IMG/VR virus record: IMGVR_UViG_3300045988_053152
Coordinates: 1 to 36,166 of that record
Strand: one strand, 5' to 3'
Origin: a virus
DNA: 36,166 bases
Of this stretch, positions 24,840-31,884 are shown one piece after another. How positions within the stretch are numbered: position 1 is the first letter of the stretch; the number at the start of each line of letters is the position of its first letter. The translations under genes and the position numbers were made by a program. The notes below the pieces were generated by a model, which searched no databases, had not been told where the DNA came from, and was given only the letters and a program-made list of their open reading frames with translations.

Positions 24840-25066
24840 TATTCCCCCTTGTTGATTGTTTGGAACACTACGTTCTTCTCGTCTTCTCGGTAGTCCTCGT
24901 CACACAGGAAGTCAAGCCCCTTGCATTCGGGCACGCCCTCCGCGTTGATACTGTAAAATGCACACCCCTTACAGGTGTTGGCGTTCGCCTCTCTTACTAC
25001 GTAGGTTGTACCGTCCTTCTCAAACGTGGTGCCTACACACATATAATTATTAGCCTTATTATTCAT
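24839..25066 (-). CDS. Small Cys-rich protein (zinc-ribbon-like), paralog of 22246..22461
   Basis: 75 aa, ...DGTTYVVREANANTCKGCAFYSINAEGVPECKGLDFLC...VVFQTI. Its stop codon overlaps the SNF2 start codon by 1 nt (24839). Confidence 0.65.
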   Translation of the reverse strand: MNNKANNYMCVGTTFEKDGTTYVVREANANTCKGCAFYSINAEGVPECKGLDFLCDEDYREDEKNVVFQTINKGE

Positions 25067-25100
25067 GTCATTAAATTTTTAATTGTTATTTTTATTTTTA

Positions 25101-25532
25101 TTATCTCATTCCTATCTCGTCCATATACAACTCGTTTGCAAGGTCTTTCCGTGTGAACCGTTCCGGAAATAATTTCAGTACTTCGTCCATTACATCCAGG
25201 ATATCCGGAAACTTCGACTTGATACCTAGCAGGTCACACAATTCTCTAGCCGGGTCCCGCTTGAATACTACATCCGTGTACGCTTCCCTCAATTCGTCAA
25301 TACCTTCGTACGGGGTCGTCGTTAGGTCGTTGAGGCCCCTGCGTGTATGCTCCTTGCGTATTATCCGGTCGGGTACCTCGGACAACAAGTATTGTTGCAG
25401 GTTATCCGGAAGGGCCTTAATAGCGTCCCCGATTGTGTATCCCTCGGTCGGTGTCCCGTGCGCCATAGCCTTAACCAGGTGCCCGAACTGATTCACGCGG
25501 TCTACTTTAAGTTTCTTATTAAATTCTTCCAT
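25101..25532 (-). CDS. Hypothetical early protein
   Basis: 143-aa ORF. No motif recognised. Confidence 0.6.
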   Translation of the reverse strand: MEEFNKKLKVDRVNQFGHLVKAMAHGTPTEGYTIGDAIKALPDNLQQYLLSEVPDRIIRKEHTRRGLNDLTTTPYEGIDELREAYTDVVFKRDPARELCDLLGIKSKFPDILDVMDEVLKLFPERFTRKDLANELYMDEIGMR

Positions 25533-25544
25533 GTCTCTAGTAAA

Positions 25545-26006
25545 TTAATAATCCGACAATAGCGTAATATTCTCTACGGGTACCGTTACGGTCTTATGTC
25601 CGGTAGCGTTCGTATAGGCGCCGGGGCAATTGCATCTGACAACTACCTCCTGCTTATCGCATAGGTTTTTTCCTAGTATCCACCCGGTGTACGTTCTGTT
25701 CTCCCGCGAAAAACAAATCTCTTTCGGCGTTCCGTCCCTCCGTGTGGATAGGTCTATAATGCTTAGAGGTGATTGGCCTTCCATAATGTTACGGGCGAAT
25801 ATCGTAGCACGGTCCGTCATAATAAGGTGATACCCTTTATTGTATAGATAAGCCTCCAGGTCCTTAAGGGAGTTGAATCGTTTCCGTTCCTTTGTCTTTA
25901 CGTTGGTCGCTGCATATATGTTATGCAGTCCCGCATGTACGAAAACCTTTATATACCCATTTCCGTTACCGTATAACTCGTTATAGTCTCTTTCTGTGGA
26001 CTCCAT
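25545..26006 (-). CDS. Hypothetical early protein
   Basis: 153-aa ORF. No motif recognised. Confidence 0.6.
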   Translation of the reverse strand: MESTERDYNELYGNGNGYIKVFVHAGLHNIYAATNVKTKERKRFNSLKDLEAYLYNKGYHLIMTDRATIFARNIMEGQSPLSIIDLSTRRDGTPKEICFSRENRTYTGWILGKNLCDKQEVVVRCNCPGAYTNATGHKTVTVPVENITLLSDY

Positions 26007-26007
26007 A

Positions 26008-26433
26008 TTATTTGCCTCCTATTACTTTAGCCATTGTTGACAATTCCTTTCTGCTCACTACTATGTACAGAGTGCGACCGCGTCCGTATATCTGCCAAGT
26101 ACCGTTAAACTTTGAATAGGTAGCCGTATTACCGTCCACGTTATTAAGATTGACTACTTCACCCTTGGTCGGTTTATATTCCGCTAGAGACGTTAAGAGG
26201 GCCACCGCGGCCTTTTCATCCCCTAGGGGTATATCCAGTTCATGCGATGAAGCATTAGCGATTAGGGCGGTTATCTGATACGTTACCGCGCCTTCCTTCT
26301 CTACCTTGACTAGTTTACAGGTTCCCAGGCGGAACGACTTAACCGTTTCCAATTTCCCGGACTGACTTGTTACCTGTGCCATTGCACTAACTGCAAACAA
26401 AACTACTACTAAAATACTAATTAACTTTTTCAT
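26008..26433 (-). CDS. Secreted or periplasmic protein with a cleavable signal peptide (141 aa)
   Basis: Internal ATG of track ORF 26008..26559, preceded by the conserved leader gattctaatttttaaag. MKKLISILVVVLFAVSAMA-QV is a textbook Sec signal peptide. Confidence 0.6.
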   Translation of the reverse strand: MKKLISILVVVLFAVSAMAQVTSQSGKLETVKSFRLGTCKLVKVEKEGAVTYQITALIANASSHELDIPLGDEKAAVALLTSLAEYKPTKGEVVNLNNVDGNTATYSKFNGTWQIYGRGRTLYIVVSRKELSTMAKVIGGK

Positions 26434-26444
26434 GATTCTAATTT

Positions 26445-26672
26445 TTAAAGATTTACTACTGTGATTACTGTGAAATTCCTTAGATACAGGTTGGCTTCTG
26501 CCCTCGTTATGCTGTTTGACACGTATACCGTTCTTGGTTCGGCATTTACGAATAGCCACTGCGCAGAAGGAACTTCATCCACTAAATCATAATTCATTAA
26601 CTTGGATAGCGTGTTTCCTAAATTGGTTTTACCCGTTCCGGGTCCGCCGATAATCAAAATTTTCTCTTTCAT
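26445..26672 (-). CDS. Mini P-loop protein (Walker A only, 75 aa)
   Basis: ILIIGGPGTGKTNLG is a Walker A motif, and YDLVDE is a possible Walker B. At 75 aa it is too short for a complete NTPase fold. Confidence 0.5.
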   Translation of the reverse strand: MKEKILIIGGPGTGKTNLGNTLSKLMNYDLVDEVPSAQWLFVNAEPRTVYVSNSITRAEANLYLRNFTVITVVNL

Positions 26673-26683
26673 GATTCTAATTT

Positions 26684-27004
26684 TTAAATGTTACTTGATT
26701 GGTTTACTTTAAATGTTTTAGGGGCTATTCGTAGAGCGTATTCTATATTTTCCATGGTAGCCTCCCAAATGATAGTCTGCTGTTTATCTAGATATTGAAA
26801 TCTCCTTGTGTACGGGCTTATCCTTATTATTCGCTCTATCTCCTCCCTCGTGCAGCCCTTCATAGCTGCCAGCAATTTTTGCATTTTGAGGGAACTCCGT
26901 TCTAGTTCTTTCTTTTTGGGCTCTCCGAAAAAGCCTCTCTTATTCCAAAACCGACGGCGGGCCTTTATATCCGCCTCGGTTAAATCTCCTTGTTGGTACT
27001 TCAT
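26684..27004 (-). CDS. Hypothetical basic protein (106 aa)
   Basis: Start moved to the ATG at 27004, which sits 1 nt after the stop of the upstream gene (TAATATG). The track ORF extends to 27058. Confidence 0.5.
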   Translation of the reverse strand: MKYQQGDLTEADIKARRRFWNKRGFFGEPKKKELERSSLKMQKLLAAMKGCTREEIERIIRISPYTRRFQYLDKQQTIIWEATMENIEYALRIAPKTFKVNQSSNI

Positions 27005-27005
27005 A

Positions 27006-27167
27006 TTATATAGATAATTCTTTGAAAATTCGTACTTCACAATTCCACTTCTTAGCACGTCTTTCGGCTTTTCTTCTTGCTGCGGCTTCTGTATAGTCGT
27101 ACCATGTTTCCATGACGGGGTTCGTTATTCCAAATAATACACACCAATTATAAGTTTTAGTTTCCAT
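27006..27167 (-). CDS. Hypothetical small protein (53 aa)
   Basis: Start moved to METKTYNW, which is preceded by the leader atcatttaattttaaagcgttattac. The track ORF extends to 27209. Confidence 0.5.
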   Translation of the reverse strand: METKTYNWCVLFGITNPVMETWYDYTEAAARRKAERRAKKWNCEVRIFKELSI

Positions 27168-27178
27168 ATCATTTAATT

Positions 27179-27319
27179 TTAAAGCGTTATTACAGTAATG
27201 AATTCGCATTTAGCCCACAGGGAAAAATCGGTGCTACTCATATATTCGGCGTTCTTTGCCTCAATAGTTTTTGCTTCCTGTTCTGATATCTCTTTTCCGT
27301 TTACATAATACTTTTTCAT
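27179..27319 (-). CDS. Hypothetical small protein (46 aa), first ORF after promoter P2
   Basis: Hand translation gives MKKYYVNGKEISEQEAKTIEAKNAEYMSSTDFSLWAKCEFITVITL. It is preceded by a leader-like atcttctaattttaag, and its stop lies inside the next leader cassette. Confidence 0.45.
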   Translation of the reverse strand: MKKYYVNGKEISEQEAKTIEAKNAEYMSSTDFSLWAKCEFITVITL

Positions 27320-27357
27320 ATCTTCTAATTTTAAGTGGTTATTTCCTTTTGACACTT

Positions 27358-27388
27358 CAAAGATACGGATACTTTTCGGACTACAAAA
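27358..27388 (-). promoter_or_regulatory. Early promoter P2: -7 TATCTTTG, -33 TTTTG, 18-nt spacer
   Basis: ttgacacttcaaagatacggatacttttcggactacaaaac aligns with P1 and P3. The upstream motif here is GTCAAAACATTA instead of TTTTGAGAGAAAA. Confidence 0.6.
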
Positions 27389-27423
27389 CTTTTAGTCAAA
27401 ACATTAACATTCGTTATACCGTT

Positions 27424-27738
27424 TCATTCGTTATTAACGTATAGTAACTTATCAACCTCTGAAACCGCTTCTTTCCATGTCTCCGGGCTATCCACTACCA
27501 ACACGGTAAACCCTAGTTTCCGGATACGCCCTATAATGTGCTCCTGTATCCCGGTCGGTCTATTTCCGGTACTCTTGAACTCTACGAATAGCGCGCGCCC
27601 GCCGGGCAACAGGTACATACGGTCGGGCAGCCCGTTAACAAATTGGGATAACAGTTTTACTGCTATCCCCCCCTTGTCATTGACGTACTTGGAAAATGTA
27701 CGTTCAAAAACCTTCTCACTCGTCTCATTCGCCTTCAT
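27424..27738 (-). CDS. VRR-NUC domain nuclease (PD-(D/E)XK superfamily)
   Basis: 104 aa. GLPDRMYLLPGGRALFVEFK matches the VRR-NUC core G.PD...(n)..E.K. Confidence 0.75.
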   Translation of the reverse strand: MKANETSEKVFERTFSKYVNDKGGIAVKLLSQFVNGLPDRMYLLPGGRALFVEFKSTGNRPTGIQEHIIGRIRKLGFTVLVVDSPETWKEAVSEVDKLLYVNNE

Positions 27739-27994
27739 TGCTTCCCGGTCTTACTATCCGTATAACGGTATTGTTAGCTATCTTGCACGCTCGGCGTAGT
27801 GCTACATAATGCTTTCGGGCTGTTGTTGCTTCCGTCCATGTCAGACCGGTGCACCCCTCCAAATCGCTCCACGATAGTGTATCCTTAGTATACATTTGCA
27901 GCTTGTACAGCCCGCAAAACTCTCCCGTACTCTTGTCCGGCGTTATACGGGTGGCGCCGTCCCTTGGTCCTCTTAACTTCTTCTTGTTACTCAT
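27725..27994 (-). CDS. Hypothetical small protein
   Basis: 89-aa ORF that overlaps the VRR-NUC start by 14 nt. Confidence 0.55.
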   Translation of the reverse strand: MSNKKKLRGPRDGATRITPDKSTGEFCGLYKLQMYTKDTLSWSDLEGCTGLTWTEATTARKHYVALRRACKIANNTVIRIVRPGSNEGE

Positions 27995-28020
27995 AATCTT
28001 ATTATTAATTTATTAGTACT

Positions 28021-28230
28021 TTACTCCTTCTCCCTGTACGCTAGTACCACCCTTTTAATAGGTGCTGACTGCGGGCCCTGCTGGTCCATTATACGTAACC
28101 CGGCAAATTTTCGGGCCGTCTCTATGTCATTGACTTCGCGGGAACCGATAACCGCGGTTAGTTCTTCCCCCCGGTACTTGACTACTCTACCGCCCTCAAA
28201 TATAACGGTTACTTTTAAAATCTCAAACAT
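28021..28230 (-). CDS. Hypothetical small protein
   Basis: 69-aa ORF. Confidence 0.55.
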   Translation of the reverse strand: MFEILKVTVIFEGGRVVKYRGEELTAVIGSREVNDIETARKFAGLRIMDQQGPQSAPIKRVVLAYREKE

Positions 28231-28242
28231 AATCTTTATATA

Positions 28243-28545
28243 TTAGTTGTTGGTTCGCAAAATATTAATATAAACGTCACGAAAGCGACTGCCCAAAACA
28301 GGTACGTTAAAAATGTAAGTATCTTCTTTTTCATATTCGTATGGTATTAATGATCCTGATATTCTATTTTTTATTTTTCTCGCGGATCCGTATCGTGCAC
28401 GGACCCCCGATTTGGCGAGCGCCTCATTAACGATATCCGTGATACAACCGCTTTTTGCTATGTCTGCAATAGCCCCCTGTGAAATCTCCATTGTTACCGT
28501 GGTGTCTTTTCCTCCCAGGGGGCGAAATGTTACTTTAATTTTCAT
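28243..28545 (-). CDS. MKIKVTF-family small protein, long paralog (100 aa)
   Basis: The first ~57 aa align with 28558..28749: MKIKVTF...GKD(T/S)TVTME(I/V)...IAD...C..DI......(R/T)RYG...KI. Confidence 0.6.
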   Translation of the reverse strand: MKIKVTFRPLGGKDTTVTMEISQGAIADIAKSGCITDIVNEALAKSGVRARYGSARKIKNRISGSLIPYEYEKEDTYIFNVPVLGSRFRDVYINILRTNN

Positions 28546-28557
28546 ATACGTATGGTA

Positions 28558-28749
28558 TTATATGTCCAGGTCTTCAATTTTAGCTATATATCCGTATCGT
28601 GTACGGCCCTCTGTTTTGTCGGACGCCTTATCGGCTATGTCCGAGGAACAATATTCTTTTAACAGGTCCGCGATAAGTTCTTGCCGAACCTCCATTGTCA
28701 CCGTTGAGTCTTTTCCTTCCTGGAAGCTAAATGTTACTTTAATTTTCAT
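28558..28749 (-). CDS. MKIKVTF-family small protein, short paralog (63 aa)
   Basis: Tandem paralog of 28243..28545, preceded by the conserved leader cassette. Confidence 0.6.
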   Translation of the reverse strand: MKIKVTFSFQEGKDSTVTMEVRQELIADLLKEYCSSDIADKASDKTEGRTRYGYIAKIEDLDI

Positions 28750-28776
28750 GATTCTTTAATTTTAAAGGGTTATTAA
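28750..28776 (-). repeat. Conserved gene-junction/leader cassette (minus strand TTAATAACCCTTTAAAATTAAAGAATC-ATG)
   Basis: gattctttaattttaaagggttattaa. It differs at 2-3 positions from the identical 26-mers at 29064-29089 and 29275-29300. Confidence 0.85.
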
Positions 28777-28784
28777 TTTTTATA

Positions 28785-28800
28785 GGCGGGTCGCCCCGCC
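28785..28800 (-). other. GC hairpin (GGCGGG-tcgc-CCCGCC) between two small early genes
   Basis: Perfect 6-bp GC stem with a 4-nt loop. On the minus-strand RNA it is followed by UAUAAAAAUU, so it is not a canonical U-tract terminator. Confidence 0.5.
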
Positions 28801-28811
28801 CTGGTTAATGA

Positions 28812-29063
28812 TTACTTGATTATTACACATTCTTTGCTGTTAATCTTCTCGTCCTGTATATTGACGGCTACATACTTAAGGCTCTTAAGGTCGTACAGAA
28901 CCGCGATAGTGTTACACCCGTTAGCGGTGTTATAGTCGTTGACTACGTTCACGAATTCGTATATCTTATTACCTACTGATATCTTAACGTTGGTTTGTCT
29001 GAACAAATCGAATGTTACCACATAGCTAAATTTCTTCTTTTCGTCTATCATTTTAGTTGCCAT
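28812..29063 (-). CDS. Hypothetical small protein
   Basis: 83-aa ORF preceded by the leader cassette. Confidence 0.55.
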   Translation of the reverse strand: MATKMIDEKKKFSYVVTFDLFRQTNVKISVGNKIYEFVNVVNDYNTANGCNTIAVLYDLKSLKYVAVNIQDEKINSKECVIIK

Positions 29064-29089
29064 ATCTTTTAATTTTAAAGGGTTATTAA
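29064..29089 (-). repeat. Conserved gene-junction/leader cassette, identical to 29275-29300
   Basis: atcttttaattttaaagggttattaa. Its distal end contains the TAA stop of the upstream gene. Confidence 0.9.
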
Positions 29090-29274
29090 TTACATTTAAT
29101 GTATCCGAATTCGGACATAAATTTTTCGGCCTTCGCCAATGACTTGTATGTTTTACTAGTTGATACCGTTACGGCCGTATAGGTCGGTTTGCCTAGATAA
29201 TTATCTATCATTATAGCGCCCGTAGGTTCATTGCTAGTGCTGCACGCCTTCTTATAATCTATTACATCGTTCAT
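29086..29274 (-). CDS. Hypothetical small protein, first gene after promoter P3
   Basis: 62-aa ORF preceded by the leader cassette. Confidence 0.55.
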   Translation of the reverse strand: MNDVIDYKKACSTSNEPTGAIMIDNYLGKPTYTAVTVSTSKTYKSLAKAEKFMSEFGYIKCN

Positions 29275-29300
29275 ATCTTTTAATTTTAAAGGGTTATTAA
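29275..29300 (-). repeat. Conserved gene-junction/leader cassette, identical to 29064-29089
   Basis: atcttttaattttaaagggttattaa, lying between P3 and the ATG at 29274. Confidence 0.9.
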
Positions 29301-29316
29301 TTTCTTATCGACACTA

Positions 29317-29347
29317 CAAAGATACGGATACTTTTTGAACTACAAAA
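29317..29347 (-). promoter_or_regulatory. Early promoter P3: -7 TATCTTTG, -33 TTTTG, 18-nt spacer
   Basis: 29304-29327 is identical to 1007-1030 (24 nt), and ttttgaactacaaaac is identical to P1. Upstream lies TTTTGAGAAAAAAAACTTT, with the inverted repeat CTACAAA...TTTGTAG. Confidence 0.6.
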
Positions 29348-29487
29348 CTTTTTGAGAAAAAAAACTTTGTAGATTTAACATAAATAAAGAAAAGGAAACG
29401 TTTCGCAACGTCTCCCCTCTGAACTGTAAACCCCTTAAATTAGTAGTTGATTGAAATGAAATTGAGTAGTATTTGATTCTCTCTTTG

Positions 29488-29495
29488 CAAAGATA
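29488..29495 (-). promoter_or_regulatory. Additional -7-like box TATCTTTG inside the palindrome CTTTGCAAAG, just after the primase stop
   Basis: The reverse complement of caaagata. No convincing -33 box. Confidence 0.25.
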
Positions 29496-29496
29496 G

Positions 29497-31881
29497 TTAT
29501 TCTTTCGGGATATCCGTGCCCACTCGCCTATAAATTAGCTGCCGCCCGTAAAGTTTTAGCCGGGCCTGTTTACCGCGCTTCCACCCCTTAAGAGATTTCA
29601 ATGCATTGGCAATCTCCCGGCCCTTCGCGGTTGTGTAATCTTCTTTCTTCCGGCCTAACGCCTCGGTCCACACCTCGATAAGGCTGCATGTGTCCTTGCG
29701 CACCGTCCCGACCTCGCCCAAATCACCGTTAAGAAAGTCCAGGCGTTGAGGCAGAAACCTATCTTCATAGTCCGCCGGGAACAATCTATCTAGGTAGTCC
29801 TCTATCAGACCCTGTAACGGCGTGCGCTCTGTAAATTCGTCCCTCATTCCGCCTGCTATCATTTCGGCCTCATCGGACAATGTAAGCGCCTCGCCAAATA
29901 TATAGGCGTTCATGGCTTCCGCCCAAAGCTGGTCTACGATAGCGTCGAATTGCGGCTCAAAGATAACATGTGTTTTCTTCACGCGCCTAACGGCTACCGG
30001 GAAAAATCGGCGGTTACCTGTTGCGTCTTTCAGAAACTCATCATCATTCGTGGAGCCGAAAAACACGCATTGTCTTTGGTGCGTCTTAACGCGTCGGGCA
30101 TATGCGCCTCTGTACGTATCTTCGCGCTTTGAAATGAAGTTCTTAACCGCCTCGACATCGGAACGCCTCAACGCGGATAACTCGGCTAGCTCCACGAGCC
30201 ACGCGAATTGTATAGCTTCGTATGACTCTTTGCCGGAAAGACTCGTTAACGAGTCGTTAAACCAGCCCTTTGAAAGACGCTGTATTAACGTGGACTTTCC
30301 GACACCCTGTTCGGAGTAAAATACCAGGGCGGTGTCAAACTTGGTGCCGGGCTTGTAAATGCGCGTAACGGCAGCCAATAGCATTTTGCGGAATGCCTCC
30401 CTTGTATACGCGTTATCCTCGGCCCCCATGTATTCGATTAAAAACGTATCAATACGTTCTACACCGTCCCATGTAAGAGATTCCAGGTAATTTTTTATCG
30501 GGTGGAACGCGTTATCACTGCTCACCTGTTCGATAGCGTCATTTAGCTTTGCATCATTATATATACCGTGCAACCGCTCTATCCGACCCTTAATAATTGA
30601 TACGTCCGTGTCGGTGATAAGGTCGCCTTTTTTGCTCCCCTTGCAAGTAAAGGAAGGCCGGGTAAACACGATAGTTTCCTTTAACATGTCATAGGCTAGC
30701 AGTCCATTTAATAACGGGTCCGATTTAAATGCGTTGATAAAGTTGTTGACGGTTACCTGCTTGTTCCCCTTTCCGTCCAGGTCCCAAACCAAATCGGTTA
30801 TGTCCTCGGCGCTGTCTGACTTGGTGTCATCTCCGTAATCGTCGAAGTCGTTTAAATCGGCATCCGGCGTAATCAAGTCCTTAACACAGTATTTATCTTC
30901 GCAAACCAGCTTGTTCATTGCCTTCGTGCTGTCCTCTTTACCCAGGTGCCCGAACTTGTGCACACGTACAAGGTCGTAGGCGTTATAGGCGTGCCCGTCT
31001 GATATCGGGTCGGTGGAGTGGTACGAGAAGCAGTACAAACCGTCAAACACTATCATTCCGCCTACGCTTTGCCCGGCCTTGTAGGTGTAACGGTCGGTTC
31101 CCTGGTAAACATCGTACACGTCCGACAGATACTTTTCTATGGCTTCCTGCACGGTGTACGCCCGGCAGAACGCGCCCACCAGGCCGGACTTTTCGCGGGG
31201 GTTCTGCGCCATTGCCTTATTCACAATCGCGCGGGTCTCTTTCTCCGTGTCGGACTTGAACGCCCAATTATTGATATCCCGCCATTCCTCACCATTGCCG
31301 TACAGCGACAGAAGGTAATCGGCGCTAATCGGTTCGCCCTCTATCACGTCGAACACTTTAGGCTGGTCCGCGGAAAGAGATTGCCAATACATCATTCGTT
31401 CCGCCTGAAAGGTCGTAGGGTCGAACAAGTCCACGCCTATCAACTCGGCAACCTTACGCGCCGCGGCTTCGTACTGCACGGGGTCTTGTACCTCATCAGC
31501 GAATGGCATGATAAGGCGGAACCGTCTGGATGTCTCGCGGTCTGAACGTGTGTTATATATTACCGCGGCTACGCCTGGGAACCTAGCTTCAAATTCAACC
31601 GGGAAAAGCTCATCCGCGTAATCTACGTCTAATGTTATCATAGACCTGGATAACACCGCGCTTTTAAGGCGTCTAGCGCCGGAAAGTTCCCCTGCCATAT
31701 ATCCCCCGACATCTTTCAGATTGGCGCGCGCCGTGCGGTCAAGGCGGTCGAACTCGCGCATAGATTCCGGGCTGCGTACCTCTTTACCGAGTCTTTCCAA
31801 AAACCCCTCCCATGTGTATCTGACAGTCGCCCATTTCATTGAGGCGGAACTTCCCGCCACCGACAAAGTATATTTATCCAT
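29497..31881 (-). CDS. Primase-helicase: N-terminal AEP (PrimPol-like) primase plus a C-terminal SF3/D5-VirE-type P-loop helicase
   Basis: 794 aa. MITLDVDYADE is the AEP DxD motif, YSEQGVGKSTL is Walker A, and AWLVELAEL is a Walker B-like motif. Size and order match phage/plasmid primases. Confidence 0.8.
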   Translation of the reverse strand: MDKYTLSVAGSSASMKWATVRYTWEGFLERLGKEVRSPESMREFDRLDRTARANLKDVGGYMAGELSGARRLKSAVLSRSMITLDVDYADELFPVEFEARFPGVAAVIYNTRSDRETSRRFRLIMPFADEVQDPVQYEAAARKVAELIGVDLFDPTTFQAERMMYWQSLSADQPKVFDVIEGEPISADYLLSLYGNGEEWRDINNWAFKSDTEKETRAIVNKAMAQNPREKSGLVGAFCRAYTVQEAIEKYLSDVYDVYQGTDRYTYKAGQSVGGMIVFDGLYCFSYHSTDPISDGHAYNAYDLVRVHKFGHLGKEDSTKAMNKLVCEDKYCVKDLITPDADLNDFDDYGDDTKSDSAEDITDLVWDLDGKGNKQVTVNNFINAFKSDPLLNGLLAYDMLKETIVFTRPSFTCKGSKKGDLITDTDVSIIKGRIERLHGIYNDAKLNDAIEQVSSDNAFHPIKNYLESLTWDGVERIDTFLIEYMGAEDNAYTREAFRKMLLAAVTRIYKPGTKFDTALVFYSEQGVGKSTLIQRLSKGWFNDSLTSLSGKESYEAIQFAWLVELAELSALRRSDVEAVKNFISKREDTYRGAYARRVKTHQRQCVFFGSTNDDEFLKDATGNRRFFPVAVRRVKKTHVIFEPQFDAIVDQLWAEAMNAYIFGEALTLSDEAEMIAGGMRDEFTERTPLQGLIEDYLDRLFPADYEDRFLPQRLDFLNGDLGEVGTVRKDTCSLIEVWTEALGRKKEDYTTAKGREIANALKSLKGWKRGKQARLKLYGRQLIYRRVGTDIPKE

Positions 31882-31884
31882 ATC

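Noticed and set aside
26008-27209. Long N-terminal extensions of track ORFs 26008..26559, 26684..27058 and 27006..27209, and likewise 21081..21314.
   Set aside because: The extensions overlap the preceding gene by 50-115 nt. Internal ATGs sit exactly after a leader cassette or form ATGA/TAATATG junctions, and for 26433 the internal ATG begins a signal peptide. The shorter starts were preferred, though they are unproven.
28785-28800. The GC hairpin read as an intrinsic terminator splitting the small-gene island.
   Set aside because: On the transcribed (minus) strand it is followed by UAUAAAAAUU rather than a U-tract. It is kept as a hairpin of unknown role, possibly an RNA stability or processing element, rather than called a terminator.
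27350-29375. A CRISPR-like or mini-array reading of the repeated ~60-bp P1/P2/P3 elements and the 26-nt cassettes.
   Set aside because: The copies are separated by kilobases of coding sequence or by whole genes rather than by regular 25-40-nt spacers. They contain canonical -33 and -7 promoter boxes or abut start codons, and there are no cas genes.
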